Source: a virus (Duplodnaviria > Caudoviricetes). From it: DNA of 64,000 nt. Below the pieces are notes generated by a model that was not told the DNA's origin, did not search any database, and saw only the letters and a list, made by a program, of their open reading frames with translations. The stretch's first letter is position 1, and each line of letters opens with the position of its first letter. The stretch covers positions 160,001 to 224,000 of IMG/VR virus record IMGVR_UViG_3300037424_000434; one strand, 5' to 3'. Of this stretch, positions 44,975 to 52,713 are shown one piece after another. The translations under genes were made by a program, and so were the position numbers.

Positions 44975-45715
44975 ATGTTTAAGATAAATCTTCATGCCCA
45001 TACTCAATATTCCGATGGTCAGGCCACTATTGCGCAAATGGCAGAAGCCTGCAAAGATTTGGAATTCACTGCATGTGTTATTACTGACCACGTTTATATG
45101 GATGATCGTCGGCCAAGTGTTTCACAGAGTCAATATTTACATAAAATCCTACCAGAAGCCCGTGAGGTCCAAGAGAAAGTAGGTATTCCTGTTATTGTCG
45201 GTGCGGAATTTAGCATTGGACGAATGGAAGAATGCTTAGTGTTTGGAACACAGGCAATCACAGAGCTATATTCTATGAGACAAGAATATATGAACATTAA
45301 AGACGCATATCTTGACATAGCAGATCTTGCATATATTCGAGATAATCGGGATTGTGCTGTTATTTTATGCCACCCTAGCATTCCCGTATACGGCGATAAT
45401 TTTTCCACATTTGACCCCGAAAATCCCCAAAAAACCAAACCCATGAAAAATTGGATAACCCAAGGCGGGGTTAATGTTATTGATGGATATGAAGGGATTA
45501 ATTCCGGCCAACCCCAGTTTGGTAAATTTAGAAATGTGCCCAAAGAGTTTGATGGTTTGATTTCCTTTTGCAACTCGGATGCCCATAGTGTGATATCATT
45601 GTCATTGGGGTATAATGAGACAGCATCCCCTATATACACAGAAGACGATCTTATAAGGTATATCAAGGGTGGGGGTGTTTGGAAGCACCATACTGTGCCT
45701 TGGAGATACGAATAA
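44975..45715 (+). CDS. PHP-domain phosphoesterase
   Basis: NLHAHTQYSDG, ITDH, GAE, CHP, NSDAH. Confidence 0.88.
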   Translation: MFKINLHAHTQYSDGQATIAQMAEACKDLEFTACVITDHVYMDDRRPSVSQSQYLHKILPEAREVQEKVGIPVIVGAEFSIGRMEECLVFGTQAITELYSMRQEYMNIKDAYLDIADLAYIRDNRDCAVILCHPSIPVYGDNFSTFDPENPQKTKPMKNWITQGGVNVIDGYEGINSGQPQFGKFRNVPKEFDGLISFCNSDAHSVISLSLGYNETASPIYTEDDLIRYIKGGGVWKHHTVPWRYE

Positions 45716-45966
45716 TGGACAATAACAAACTTGACAAATTAAGAGATATACGGTATACTGTTCGTAAGTGTTGTGGTACATGTAACAATGCCTGTTTTGA
45801 ATTCAGGGCTGAATGGGGGACATGCAAAATACATGAATATATACACAAAAAACATACAGGTAAACCTAGACATCTGAGTATTCATATGTATGGTTCGTGT
45901 GGCAGTTATGATATGAATAATGTTTTTGAAGCTGTCACTGAACACTATAAGGAGTTTTATGAGTAA
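45715..45966 (+). CDS. Cys/His-rich hypothetical protein
   Basis: CCGTC..CKIH..GSC; ATG 45715 couples to PHP stop. Confidence 0.6.
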   Translation: MDNNKLDKLRDIRYTVRKCCGTCNNACFEFRAEWGTCKIHEYIHKKHTGKPRHLSIHMYGSCGSYDMNNVFEAVTEHYKEFYE

Positions 45967-46624
45967 TGTAAAGCTGATTGCTGTGACAAAACCTGTTCTG
46001 GATGGGTGTGAGACAGCAGAAGAATTGATTTCGTATTGTGCTAGGGTATCAAACCCAGACAATCAAAGAAAGTATGATACAGCCGGTAAGTTGCTTCGAT
46101 ACATGTTAAAACATAAACATTTCAGTCCATTTGAAATGGCCCATATGGTTATGGAGATCAAAACAACCCGCGACATTGCTCGGCAGATTTTGCGTCACAG
46201 ATCGTTTTCTTTTCAAGAGTATAGTCAGAGATATGCAGCGGTAACCCCTGATTCGTTTGTGCTATCAGAGGCTCGTTTGCAGGACAAGTTCAATCGACAA
46301 AATTCAATTGAGGTTAGTGATAAAGCATTGCTTGATTGGTGGACTTTGAATCAAGGGAGGCTTTTGGACATGACGATTGCTCTGTATAATACCGCTCTCG
46401 AAAAGGGTATTGCAAAGGAAGTGGCCCGAAAGGTTTTGCCTGAAGGTATTACCGGGAGTGTGATGTACATGTCAGGCACAGTTCGCAGTTTCATTCATTA
46501 TTGTGATGTTAGACGGAAAAGCGATACTCAGCTTGAGCACCGATTGATTGCAAATGAAGTGTGGGATATATTATGCCAGCAGTTCCCCACTATACCCGAA
46601 GCACTGGAGATGTCAGATGAGTAA
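45959..46624 (+). CDS. thyX: Flavin-dependent thymidylate synthase
   Basis: ARVS, HFSPFE, RHRSFSFQEYSQRY, TQLEHR. Confidence 0.97.
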   Translation: MSNVKLIAVTKPVLDGCETAEELISYCARVSNPDNQRKYDTAGKLLRYMLKHKHFSPFEMAHMVMEIKTTRDIARQILRHRSFSFQEYSQRYAAVTPDSFVLSEARLQDKFNRQNSIEVSDKALLDWWTLNQGRLLDMTIALYNTALEKGIAKEVARKVLPEGITGSVMYMSGTVRSFIHYCDVRRKSDTQLEHRLIANEVWDILCQQFPTIPEALEMSDE

Positions 46625-46805
46625 AGAAATCGTGATATGTGAGGAGTGCTGTGGTAGGGGGTTTTTGATTAAATCAGTGTTAGAAGACTACCATAGGGGC
46701 ATATATACCGAAAAGAACGTTCCGTGTAACACGTGCAAGGAGTCCGGCAGACTTATCAAGATCACAACCATTGTAATTAGACCATACGAAAGTGACGTAG
46801 ACTGA
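46617..46805 (+). CDS. DnaJ-type zinc-finger small protein
   Basis: CEECCGRG and CNTCKESG repeats. Confidence 0.6.
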   Translation: MSKEIVICEECCGRGFLIKSVLEDYHRGIYTEKNVPCNTCKESGRLIKITTIVIRPYESDVD

Positions 46806-46817
46806 TTTTTTTTTTTG

Positions 46818-46846
46818 TTGACACAAAGAATGTGGGGTGGTATAGT
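46818..46846 (+). promoter_or_regulatory. Sigma70 promoter, TTGACA class
   Basis: TTGACA-N17-TATAGT after T-tract. Confidence 0.75.
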
Positions 46847-46887
46847 GTTCCTGTAGCGACAAACAACCCTGTCGAACGGAGCTAACT

Positions 46888-47262
46888 ATGTGTCAAATGA
46901 GTGATATTCATGATGAAGCGGTTAATGCGGGTTTGGAAGCAGGTAGCCGACACAAACCTGTTCCGATGATTGTGGGCGAGGAAAAAACCCTCTTCTCAAA
47001 TGAGATTGATTATGACAAAAAGGTGTACTATGTTGAATCAGGGGTTTGTGGGTTTGCGTGGGTTGAGATTTTTCCCGCTCGTGGCAAGTTCGTTTCGTAT
47101 TTAAAGAAAAACGATATTGGCCGGGTTGGGGATCGCGGTTATAGGATTCCTGTTTTTGTGTTCGGACAGTCACTTGAACGGAAAGAGAAATACGCCGAGG
47201 CTTTTGCATCTGTTCTAAAAAAACATGGCATTAAAGCGTATGCGAACTCCCGAGTGGATTGA
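46888..47262 (+). CDS. Conserved-type phage hypothetical protein
   Basis: GVCGFAWV...QSLERKEKYAEAFA motif. Confidence 0.7.
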   Translation: MCQMSDIHDEAVNAGLEAGSRHKPVPMIVGEEKTLFSNEIDYDKKVYYVESGVCGFAWVEIFPARGKFVSYLKKNDIGRVGDRGYRIPVFVFGQSLERKEKYAEAFASVLKKHGIKAYANSRVD

Positions 47263-47268
47263 TTTTTG

Positions 47269-47276
47269 TATAAATA
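47269..47276 (+). promoter_or_regulatory. Late promoter TATAAATA
   Basis: Exact consensus 7 nt upstream of tRNA-like element. Confidence 0.65.
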
Positions 47277-47283
47277 GAAGTAT

Positions 47284-47355
47284 GGCGGTATGTATGATTA
47301 TGACTGGTTGGCTCATATCCGACCGGGGAAAGTTTGATTCTTTCTACCGCTACCA
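47284..47355 (+). tRNA. D-arm-degenerate tRNA(CAT)-like element
   Basis: ggcggta/taccgct-A-CCA, loop CTCATAT, T-arm gaaag-tttgatt-ctttc. Confidence 0.6.
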
Positions 47356-47407
47356 TATAGTCAAAAAGAGAATGAGTCTCTTGGCGATTTTTTGTTAACA
47401 CAAAGAG

Positions 47408-47668
47408 GTGAATTATATGTCAAAGCATCACGACGAGGTTATTTCGGCGTATGGGTTGAGCACTGTAACATTTGACCATCTTGCCTTATACACTGTTGGT
47501 GTATTTTATTGGGGTGGTAATGGTTCTCCTGTTAGTACATATAAAATATTGGCTGATAAGAAAGAAGACGCTATTAAATATGTTAATAATAATTTGAAAG
47601 TATCTTATCTTCACCGAGTATCAATAATTTCAACAGAACCAAATCCAAACAGGCCAAAACATGCGTAA
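47408..47668 (+). CDS. Hypothetical protein
   Basis: 86 aa, GAGG RBS. Confidence 0.5.
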   Translation: MNYMSKHHDEVISAYGLSTVTFDHLALYTVGVFYWGGNGSPVSTYKILADKKEDAIKYVNNNLKVSYLHRVSIISTEPNPNRPKHA

Positions 47669-47888
47669 GTATGAAATTAAAACAGTGGAAACAAGGTTGC
47701 TTATCAGCCTGAAATGTGATATCTGTGGTATGGATATCATAAACTCACCACTTGAAGAACAAGAAGCAATCTTAATCGCAGATATTGGTGGATATAGTTC
47801 CGTGTTTGGTGACGGATGCGAATATCAACTTGATATGTGCCAGCACTGTTTCAAAGAAAAGCTTGGCCAATATGTGAGAATTTTATGA
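47661..47888 (+). CDS. Zn-binding hypothetical protein
   Basis: CDICG ... DMCQHC. Confidence 0.6.
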   Translation: MRKYEIKTVETRLLISLKCDICGMDIINSPLEEQEAILIADIGGYSSVFGDGCEYQLDMCQHCFKEKLGQYVRIL

Positions 47889-48046
47889 CATGTCCAGAAT
47901 GTGGTGATATTGTTGTGATAGAGGGATTGTGCAAAGATTGTAGAAATACGATGTTATCTAAACACAATTGTACTGATTGTGCGTGTGAATCATATATACA
48001 GCCATGTGAAGCATGTGATAATGGATCTTGTAGGGATTCATATTAG
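47885..48046 (+). CDS. Cys-rich small protein
   Basis: Four CxxC; ATGA overlap at 47885. Confidence 0.5.
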   Translation: MTCPECGDIVVIEGLCKDCRNTMLSKHNCTDCACESYIQPCEACDNGSCRDSY

Positions 48047-48107
48047 CATGATGACAAAAGGAGTTTAACACTTGGCTAACGGGCTTGTGGCCCAAGGAGG
48101 TAGACAG

Positions 48108-48383
48108 ATGAAACCACGGCAAAAAGATCCTTTATGCGTAGAAAAACCGCAACCCGCCGTTGAGTGCCTTGTTGTGCCCGGTCCAACAACGGCAGAAACA
48201 AGCAAATACAAATTCGGCAACATCTCGTGGATTAAGGGTGATCTACAGCAATGTGTTCTTCGGGCCGCTGTTGATTGGAAAAATTTTCAGTCGGCTGAAA
48301 ATGCACAGGCTCTCTATATGTCTGTGCTTGCGATGCTTGGGGAAGAACCGGAAAACATACATTTACTGGATGGTGAGTCGTAA
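48108..48383 (+). CDS. Hypothetical protein
   Basis: AAGGAGG RBS before ATG 48108. Confidence 0.6.
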   Translation: MKPRQKDPLCVEKPQPAVECLVVPGPTTAETSKYKFGNISWIKGDLQQCVLRAAVDWKNFQSAENAQALYMSVLAMLGEEPENIHLLDGES

Positions 48384-48435
48384 TCAAGGGGAAATCTACA
48401 GTGATGTGAGTTTCCAAAGCATACGTGGGTAAAGC

Positions 48436-48684
48436 ATGGGGTATGTTCTTATAGAAACAAGAACCCAGCAATGGAGCAAAATCAAGGAGTTACAAATGAC
48501 AGATGATGGATTTTTTGACAGCACGCCACCGGACCCCAAAAGAAAGTTGCGCTTTACCTATACGCTGTGGTCTTCGACCGGCGCGGGATTTGGTCTAGGT
48601 GTCTGGCGCGTCGTTTACTTACCGACAAACGTAATATGGACGATAGCTATTGGCCCGCTGTCGATTTATTTACGGTACGTATAG
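48436..48684 (+). CDS. Hypothetical protein
   Basis: 82 aa; start could be 48496. Confidence 0.45.
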   Translation: MGYVLIETRTQQWSKIKELQMTDDGFFDSTPPDPKRKLRFTYTLWSSTGAGFGLGVWRVVYLPTNVIWTIAIGPLSIYLRYV

Positions 48685-48783
48685 CGATTGTGTTGCTGTA
48701 GCATATAACATATTCTAATATATTGAACTAACAAGAAAGGTTGTTATTGATTGAGAACGTTTCTACTGCCAAAGGCTAAAGCA

Positions 48784-48930
48784 ATGGCATTGCATTTATC
48801 CTCGGAATATCAAGAAGGATATGATTCGCTGGTAACAGAAAATCCTTATGATTTTTTTGATGACGCGATGAAGCATACTGCATGGTGTTATGGTAAACAA
48901 AAGAGAACATTGGAACAAGAAGGGAAGTAA
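48784..48930 (+). CDS. Ribosome modulation factor (RMF)-like small protein
   Basis: EYQEGY...NPY...AWCYG matches RMF G-Y..CPY..W..GW spacing; not in ORF track. Confidence 0.5.
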   Translation: MALHLSSEYQEGYDSLVTENPYDFFDDAMKHTAWCYGKQKRTLEQEGK

Positions 48931-48960
48931 TTCTTTCCTGAATTCGTATAATGGTGGTGT

Positions 48961-49221
48961 ATGATGGCAGATGATAGTTTAGCCCCTATCCAATTCAAGC
49001 ATATGACCGTGATAGCAAAACATGATCCCGGTGTTACTGGGAAGTACGAAGAAGGTGAAGTTTTGTGTGGTTGTGGCCGAGAATTCATGTACTCGATTCA
49101 GTATGAAGAAAATTTAAGACAAATTAATGATAGTTTGGTGTTTAGATGTCCTCGATGCTATGCAATGAGTCTAGAACAAACCGTTGGACTATTGAGTAAA
49201 GAGTGTAGTGAATTGGTGTAA
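48961..49221 (+). CDS. Zn-binding hypothetical protein
   Basis: CGCG and CPRC. Confidence 0.55.
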   Translation: MMADDSLAPIQFKHMTVIAKHDPGVTGKYEEGEVLCGCGREFMYSIQYEENLRQINDSLVFRCPRCYAMSLEQTVGLLSKECSELV

Positions 49222-49283
49222 ACGAGTAAGATAGGCGGCGATGGTGTAACAGACAGATAATCGTACGAGGAGACTCTTATATT

Positions 49284-49499
49284 ATGACTAAATCATTTTG
49301 CGGCAAATGTAAATATAGGCAAGGTAGATTCAAGAGTGAATCAAACTGCTCTCATCCCGCAAACATCAGAGAGGATGATGATTGGTATGGCGGAGTGAAA
49401 ATTTATGGAAAATGTCAAATCATAAACAAGGATAATAAATGCCCCAATTTTATGTGGATACCTTCTATGGACCCGAGGACAAAATATGACTTGGATTAA
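49284..49499 (+). CDS. Cys-containing hypothetical protein
   Basis: CGKC..C..C..C; GAGGAG RBS. Confidence 0.6.
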   Translation: MTKSFCGKCKYRQGRFKSESNCSHPANIREDDDWYGGVKIYGKCQIINKDNKCPNFMWIPSMDPRTKYDLD

Positions 49500-49788
49500 T
49501 ATTGAAGACCAAGAACCAGAAGAAGATAGAGAGCTGTTCTATTTTTTTGAGCATACTGGTGTATCCAAAGGCAAGTATCGCCGGACATATTACGACCCCG
49601 AAATCTGGGGGGATGGGTTGGGAGATTGTTATATGGATACTTTCTATGGGAGGGGGGGCTTTCTGTCCGACGATGTGACACACTGGATGTATGTCGATGG
49701 ACACGATTGGTATCCAGCTCCCCCAAAAGAATTTATTCAGGGAGTAGCAGTAAACGGCCTACCAATAAAAGCAGATATGGAAGATTAA
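49486..49788 (+). CDS. DUF551-like protein
   Basis: WINIEDQEPE ... DVTHWM motif. Confidence 0.65.
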   Translation: MTWINIEDQEPEEDRELFYFFEHTGVSKGKYRRTYYDPEIWGDGLGDCYMDTFYGRGGFLSDDVTHWMYVDGHDWYPAPPKEFIQGVAVNGLPIKADMED

Positions 49789-49871
49789 GCAATCAGGGTA
49801 TTGCACCTTCTTGGAAAGGAGTGGGTTCGGCAGAAACGCCGGATAGGATTCGAGTTCCTAGTCTTCCTCCA
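49779..49871 (+). tRNA. tRNA-Ser(GGA), atypical fold
   Basis: Same architecture as 44864; imperfect anticodon stem, loop TTGGAAA; U73-CCA. Confidence 0.65.
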
Positions 49872-49915
49872 TATTATATAAAATCAGGCTAAGAGCCTGT
49901 AAGGAACAAAATTGC

Positions 49916-50125
49916 ATGTCTAAATTTAAACATTACATAACAGCCCCAACAGATCAAATAGATGAGGCTACATATGAAGGTAATATAGGATTCGAGGAAA
50001 TGGTGGATTTTTATAAGAAATCCACTGAATCCGAATACAACAGTATGGAAGATGCTATTTCTAGAAATGATTGGGTTGCATTTAAAAAACTAATAAAAAG
50101 GGTAGTGGGGGTTAATCTAAAATAA
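49916..50125 (+). CDS. Hypothetical protein
   Basis: YEGNIGFEEMVDFY motif; AAGGA RBS. Confidence 0.6.
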   Translation: MSKFKHYITAPTDQIDEATYEGNIGFEEMVDFYKKSTESEYNSMEDAISRNDWVAFKKLIKRVVGVNLK

Positions 50126-50127
50126 GA

Positions 50128-50268
50128 ATGTCTGAATATATAAGAGTATGTTGTCCCCAATGCGACAGCGAAGAAATTGTACCGAAGTATGGAAACATTT
50201 TTGAGTGTCGGGATTGCGGGTATGTTGACGAAGAATACATTTTTGAAGATGTTGTTGTAGACGAATAA
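50128..50268 (+). CDS. 46-aa zinc-ribbon protein
   Basis: CPQCDS...FECRDCGY; not in ORF track. Confidence 0.6.
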   Translation: MSEYIRVCCPQCDSEEIVPKYGNIFECRDCGYVDEEYIFEDVVVDE

Positions 50269-50270
50269 AA

Positions 50271-50346
50271 GGACTTGTAGAACAATTGGCAGTTCGGGGT
50301 GCTCATAACACCAAGGTTTCAGGTTCGAGTCCTGACAGGTCCACCA
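50271..50346 (+). tRNA. tRNA-Met/Ile2(CAT)
   Basis: Cloverleaf with CCA, loop CTCATAA. Confidence 0.85.
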
Positions 50347-50354
50347 AATTTTAA

Positions 50355-50709
50355 GGGGTTGTAAAGGTTTCGACAGTCGTTGGGATGGAGATAACACGTG
50401 CAGTAGATGATTGTTGGCTACTTAAAAAATCAATCAAACAGATAAACGCTGAAGATAACTTCGCACTAGCGGCATAAGCCGCTTGTCGCTGTGACAACTC
50501 CTGATAGTCACTATAGCGGCATCATTAGTCAGGAAAAGCTGACCATGCTTAATGGTATGAAATACGGTTTTTTTTGGTTCATATCGCGTCACCGGGGAAG
50601 TTATGCTTGGCCGTATTTTCGAGAAAAAAGAGCGCCAAAGGCGAAACGCACGTAATGAATGTTACTTTTGAACAATGGTTGGACGTGGGTTCGACTCCCA
50701 CCAACTCCA
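50355..50709 (+). ncRNA. ssrA: tmRNA, tag (A)AEDNFALAA
   Basis: GGGGTTG..GGTTTCGAC 5' end, G3-U70, T-arm, tag ORF 50448-50477 ending ALAA-TAA; no encoded CCA. Confidence 0.93.
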
Positions 50710-50803
50710 TAATTAATGTGAGCCAAACCATGCGAAGGTGAATAGATACCACTGGATGGGAGCTTAGGCCGCGCTAAGAAGCCGCGCTAATAAGGATATT
50801 ATA

Positions 50804-51106
50804 ATGAAATGGCTTCAGTTTGTGATAGATGTTTATTGGCTCGTTATTGCTCTTATGTTTGTATCATGCACAGCGAACGCACTTGACGCAACTTTCACCA
50901 AAACCTATCAAACATCAAAAGGTACCATAACTTTCAATCACCAATCTCATTCAACATTGGCCGACTGTGTTGGGTGTCATGAGGGAGGTAAGTTGTTGGG
51001 GGGAGTGGTCAACAAGAACGTGGGGCATAATTATTGCAGGAGTTGTCACCAAAAAATGAACAGCGATTTTGCGCCGGTTATTTGTACTGGTTGCCATGTG
51101 AGGTAA
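50804..51106 (+). CDS. Triheme cytochrome c7 (PpcA family) with signal peptide
   Basis: Hydrophobic leader ending ANA; GTITFNHQSH, CVGCH, VGH, CRSCH, CTGCH. Confidence 0.9.
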   Translation: MKWLQFVIDVYWLVIALMFVSCTANALDATFTKTYQTSKGTITFNHQSHSTLADCVGCHEGGKLLGGVVNKNVGHNYCRSCHQKMNSDFAPVICTGCHVR

Positions 51107-51107
51107 G

Positions 51108-51683
51108 ATGAGTTATTTTTTAGATGCTTATTCCATAACCCTCCAACATGAGGGTGGATACGTAAATGATCCAGATGATGTTGGGGGTGAGACGTATAAG
51201 GGTATTGCACGAGCATACAATCCATCATGGGGTGGTTGGTTCGTTGTGGACGCATTGAGAGGATCTACTGACTTTCCAGAGTGTTTAACCGATAACAAAA
51301 CATTACAACTTGATGTAAGGAAATTATACAAATCCAAATATTTTGATCCATACCAAGGTGATGCTATGCCCAAAGATTTGGCATTAGAGATGTTCGATAC
51401 TGCCGTGAACATGGGTGTTGGTCGAGCGGTTACATTCCTCCAAAAAGCACTAAACGTGTTAAACCGAAATCAATTATTATATCCCGATATGGTGGAAGAT
51501 GGGGATTATGGACCAACAACCCACAAAGCACTTCAGGTACTATTAAACGAAAATGGCACTGAGGTATTGGTAAAAATGCTTAATGTGCTTCAGGGGATGC
51601 ATTATATTGAGTATATGAACAAATCACCCAAACAGGAAAAATATGCCCGTGGTTGGTTCTCGCGGGTTCAGATAGGAAAATAA
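51108..51683 (+). CDS. GH108 endolysin with peptidoglycan-binding domain
   Basis: HEGGYVNDPDDVGGETYKGI, FDTAVNMG, DGDYGPTT, YARGWFSR. Confidence 0.93.
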   Translation: MSYFLDAYSITLQHEGGYVNDPDDVGGETYKGIARAYNPSWGGWFVVDALRGSTDFPECLTDNKTLQLDVRKLYKSKYFDPYQGDAMPKDLALEMFDTAVNMGVGRAVTFLQKALNVLNRNQLLYPDMVEDGDYGPTTHKALQVLLNENGTEVLVKMLNVLQGMHYIEYMNKSPKQEKYARGWFSRVQIGK

Positions 51684-51684
51684 T

Positions 51685-51885
51685 ATGAATAAAACTGGTG
51701 ACAAAAGAATCAATATGGAAACGTATGTACCTGAAGTATATATTTTTGACCGTTGGATTAGTATGGAATGGGTTAGAGATGTGAAATCTGTGTATATTCT
51801 TGATATATATCAAATTCTTGCCAAAGAATTTGGTGAAAAATGGGTAGAAAAGGCAAAAGAATGTATCCAAAAATTGGACTGTTGA
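51685..51885 (+). CDS. Hypothetical protein
   Basis: 66 aa. Confidence 0.45.
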   Translation: MNKTGDKRINMETYVPEVYIFDRWISMEWVRDVKSVYILDIYQILAKEFGEKWVEKAKECIQKLDC

Positions 51886-51903
51886 CATAAATAGAAATGA
51901 CCC

Positions 51904-52035
51904 GTGAGGTCAAATAAAAAACAGACTTCAGTAACAGTGGATCGCAAAATTAAATGCGCCATATGCGGGACAGTTTGTAAAACAAGCGCAAAATTCTGCG
52001 GAAATTGCGGAACGAACTTGACATATCAATATTAA
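51904..52035 (+). CDS. 43-aa zinc-ribbon protein
   Basis: CAICGT...AKFCGNCGT; GTG start at 51904 or 51937. Confidence 0.5.
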   Translation: MRSNKKQTSVTVDRKIKCAICGTVCKTSAKFCGNCGTNLTYQY

Positions 52036-52046
52036 GAGCGTAAGAT
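52018..52046 (+). promoter_or_regulatory. Sigma70 promoter, TTGACA class
   Basis: TTGACA-N17-TAAGAT directly upstream of Y-like RNA. Confidence 0.65.
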
Positions 52047-52057
52047 GTAATACATAC

Positions 52058-52140
52058 AATGACGGTGGCGTAGAACAGGGATACTTCACATGACGAAAAG
52101 ACACCTTGCTCGTTTGATCCCCTGATTTGTAATTAACATT
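52058..52140 (+). ncRNA. Second Y-like RNA without tRNA-like domain
   Basis: ggtggcgtagaacagggatacttc resembles YrlA 5' ggtgtcgtaaattagagttacttc; cagggat/atcccctg stem. Confidence 0.55.
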
Positions 52141-52156
52141 TTTATAGGAAAAAGGC

Positions 52157-52408
52157 ATGAATGTGAAACAATTTTTCAGTGTACACGCAGAGTTACAAGC
52201 AGTGTTCTTTCGGGATGTTTGTGAGGGATATCTAGCCTCGTTTGTTGTTGTCGTGGGTGTATGTGGTGTTGTTTTGGAACTATTCAAACAAGCATTTATG
52301 TCCTTTACGACAAAATCAATCGAATTTGAGGTTCTACAGGATAAAAAGTATCAAGAAGAAACAGACTTTTTGTGTCAAAAACAAAAAGAGATGGATGAAC
52401 AACAATAA
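52157..52408 (+). CDS. Hypothetical protein
   Basis: 83 aa with one hydrophobic stretch. Confidence 0.45.
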   Translation: MNVKQFFSVHAELQAVFFRDVCEGYLASFVVVVGVCGVVLELFKQAFMSFTTKSIEFEVLQDKKYQEETDFLCQKQKEMDEQQ

Positions 52409-52428
52409 ATATATGAGGTAGGTACTAC

Positions 52429-52617
52429 ATGATTAAAGCATTTGGTGTTCCACGGTTCAATGGAGCAGGAAAAACGTATACAGCACCGGCAATGGTCGAG
52501 GCTGTTAATGTCCAGCTTGAACGATTGGGTTTAACAGGAAAAGACATAGTTTCGATTCAGATTGATGAAGAGTTTTACCATGTGTTTTATGCTGTTCCGG
52601 TAAAACCAACAGAATAA
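52429..52617 (+). CDS. Hypothetical protein
   Basis: 62 aa, GAGG RBS. Confidence 0.55.
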   Translation: MIKAFGVPRFNGAGKTYTAPAMVEAVNVQLERLGLTGKDIVSIQIDEEFYHVFYAVPVKPTE

Positions 52618-52637
52618 ACCCGACAAGGTGATGAAAC

Positions 52638-52670
52638 AAAGGTAACCTCTAACACGGGGTTACCTTTTTT
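52638..52670 (+). terminator. Intrinsic terminator
   Basis: aaaggtaacc / ggttaccttt plus T-run. Confidence 0.85.
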
Positions 52671-52713
52671 GTTTGGGGATAACTATATGATAGCAGTACA
52701 GGGAGGTTATTTT

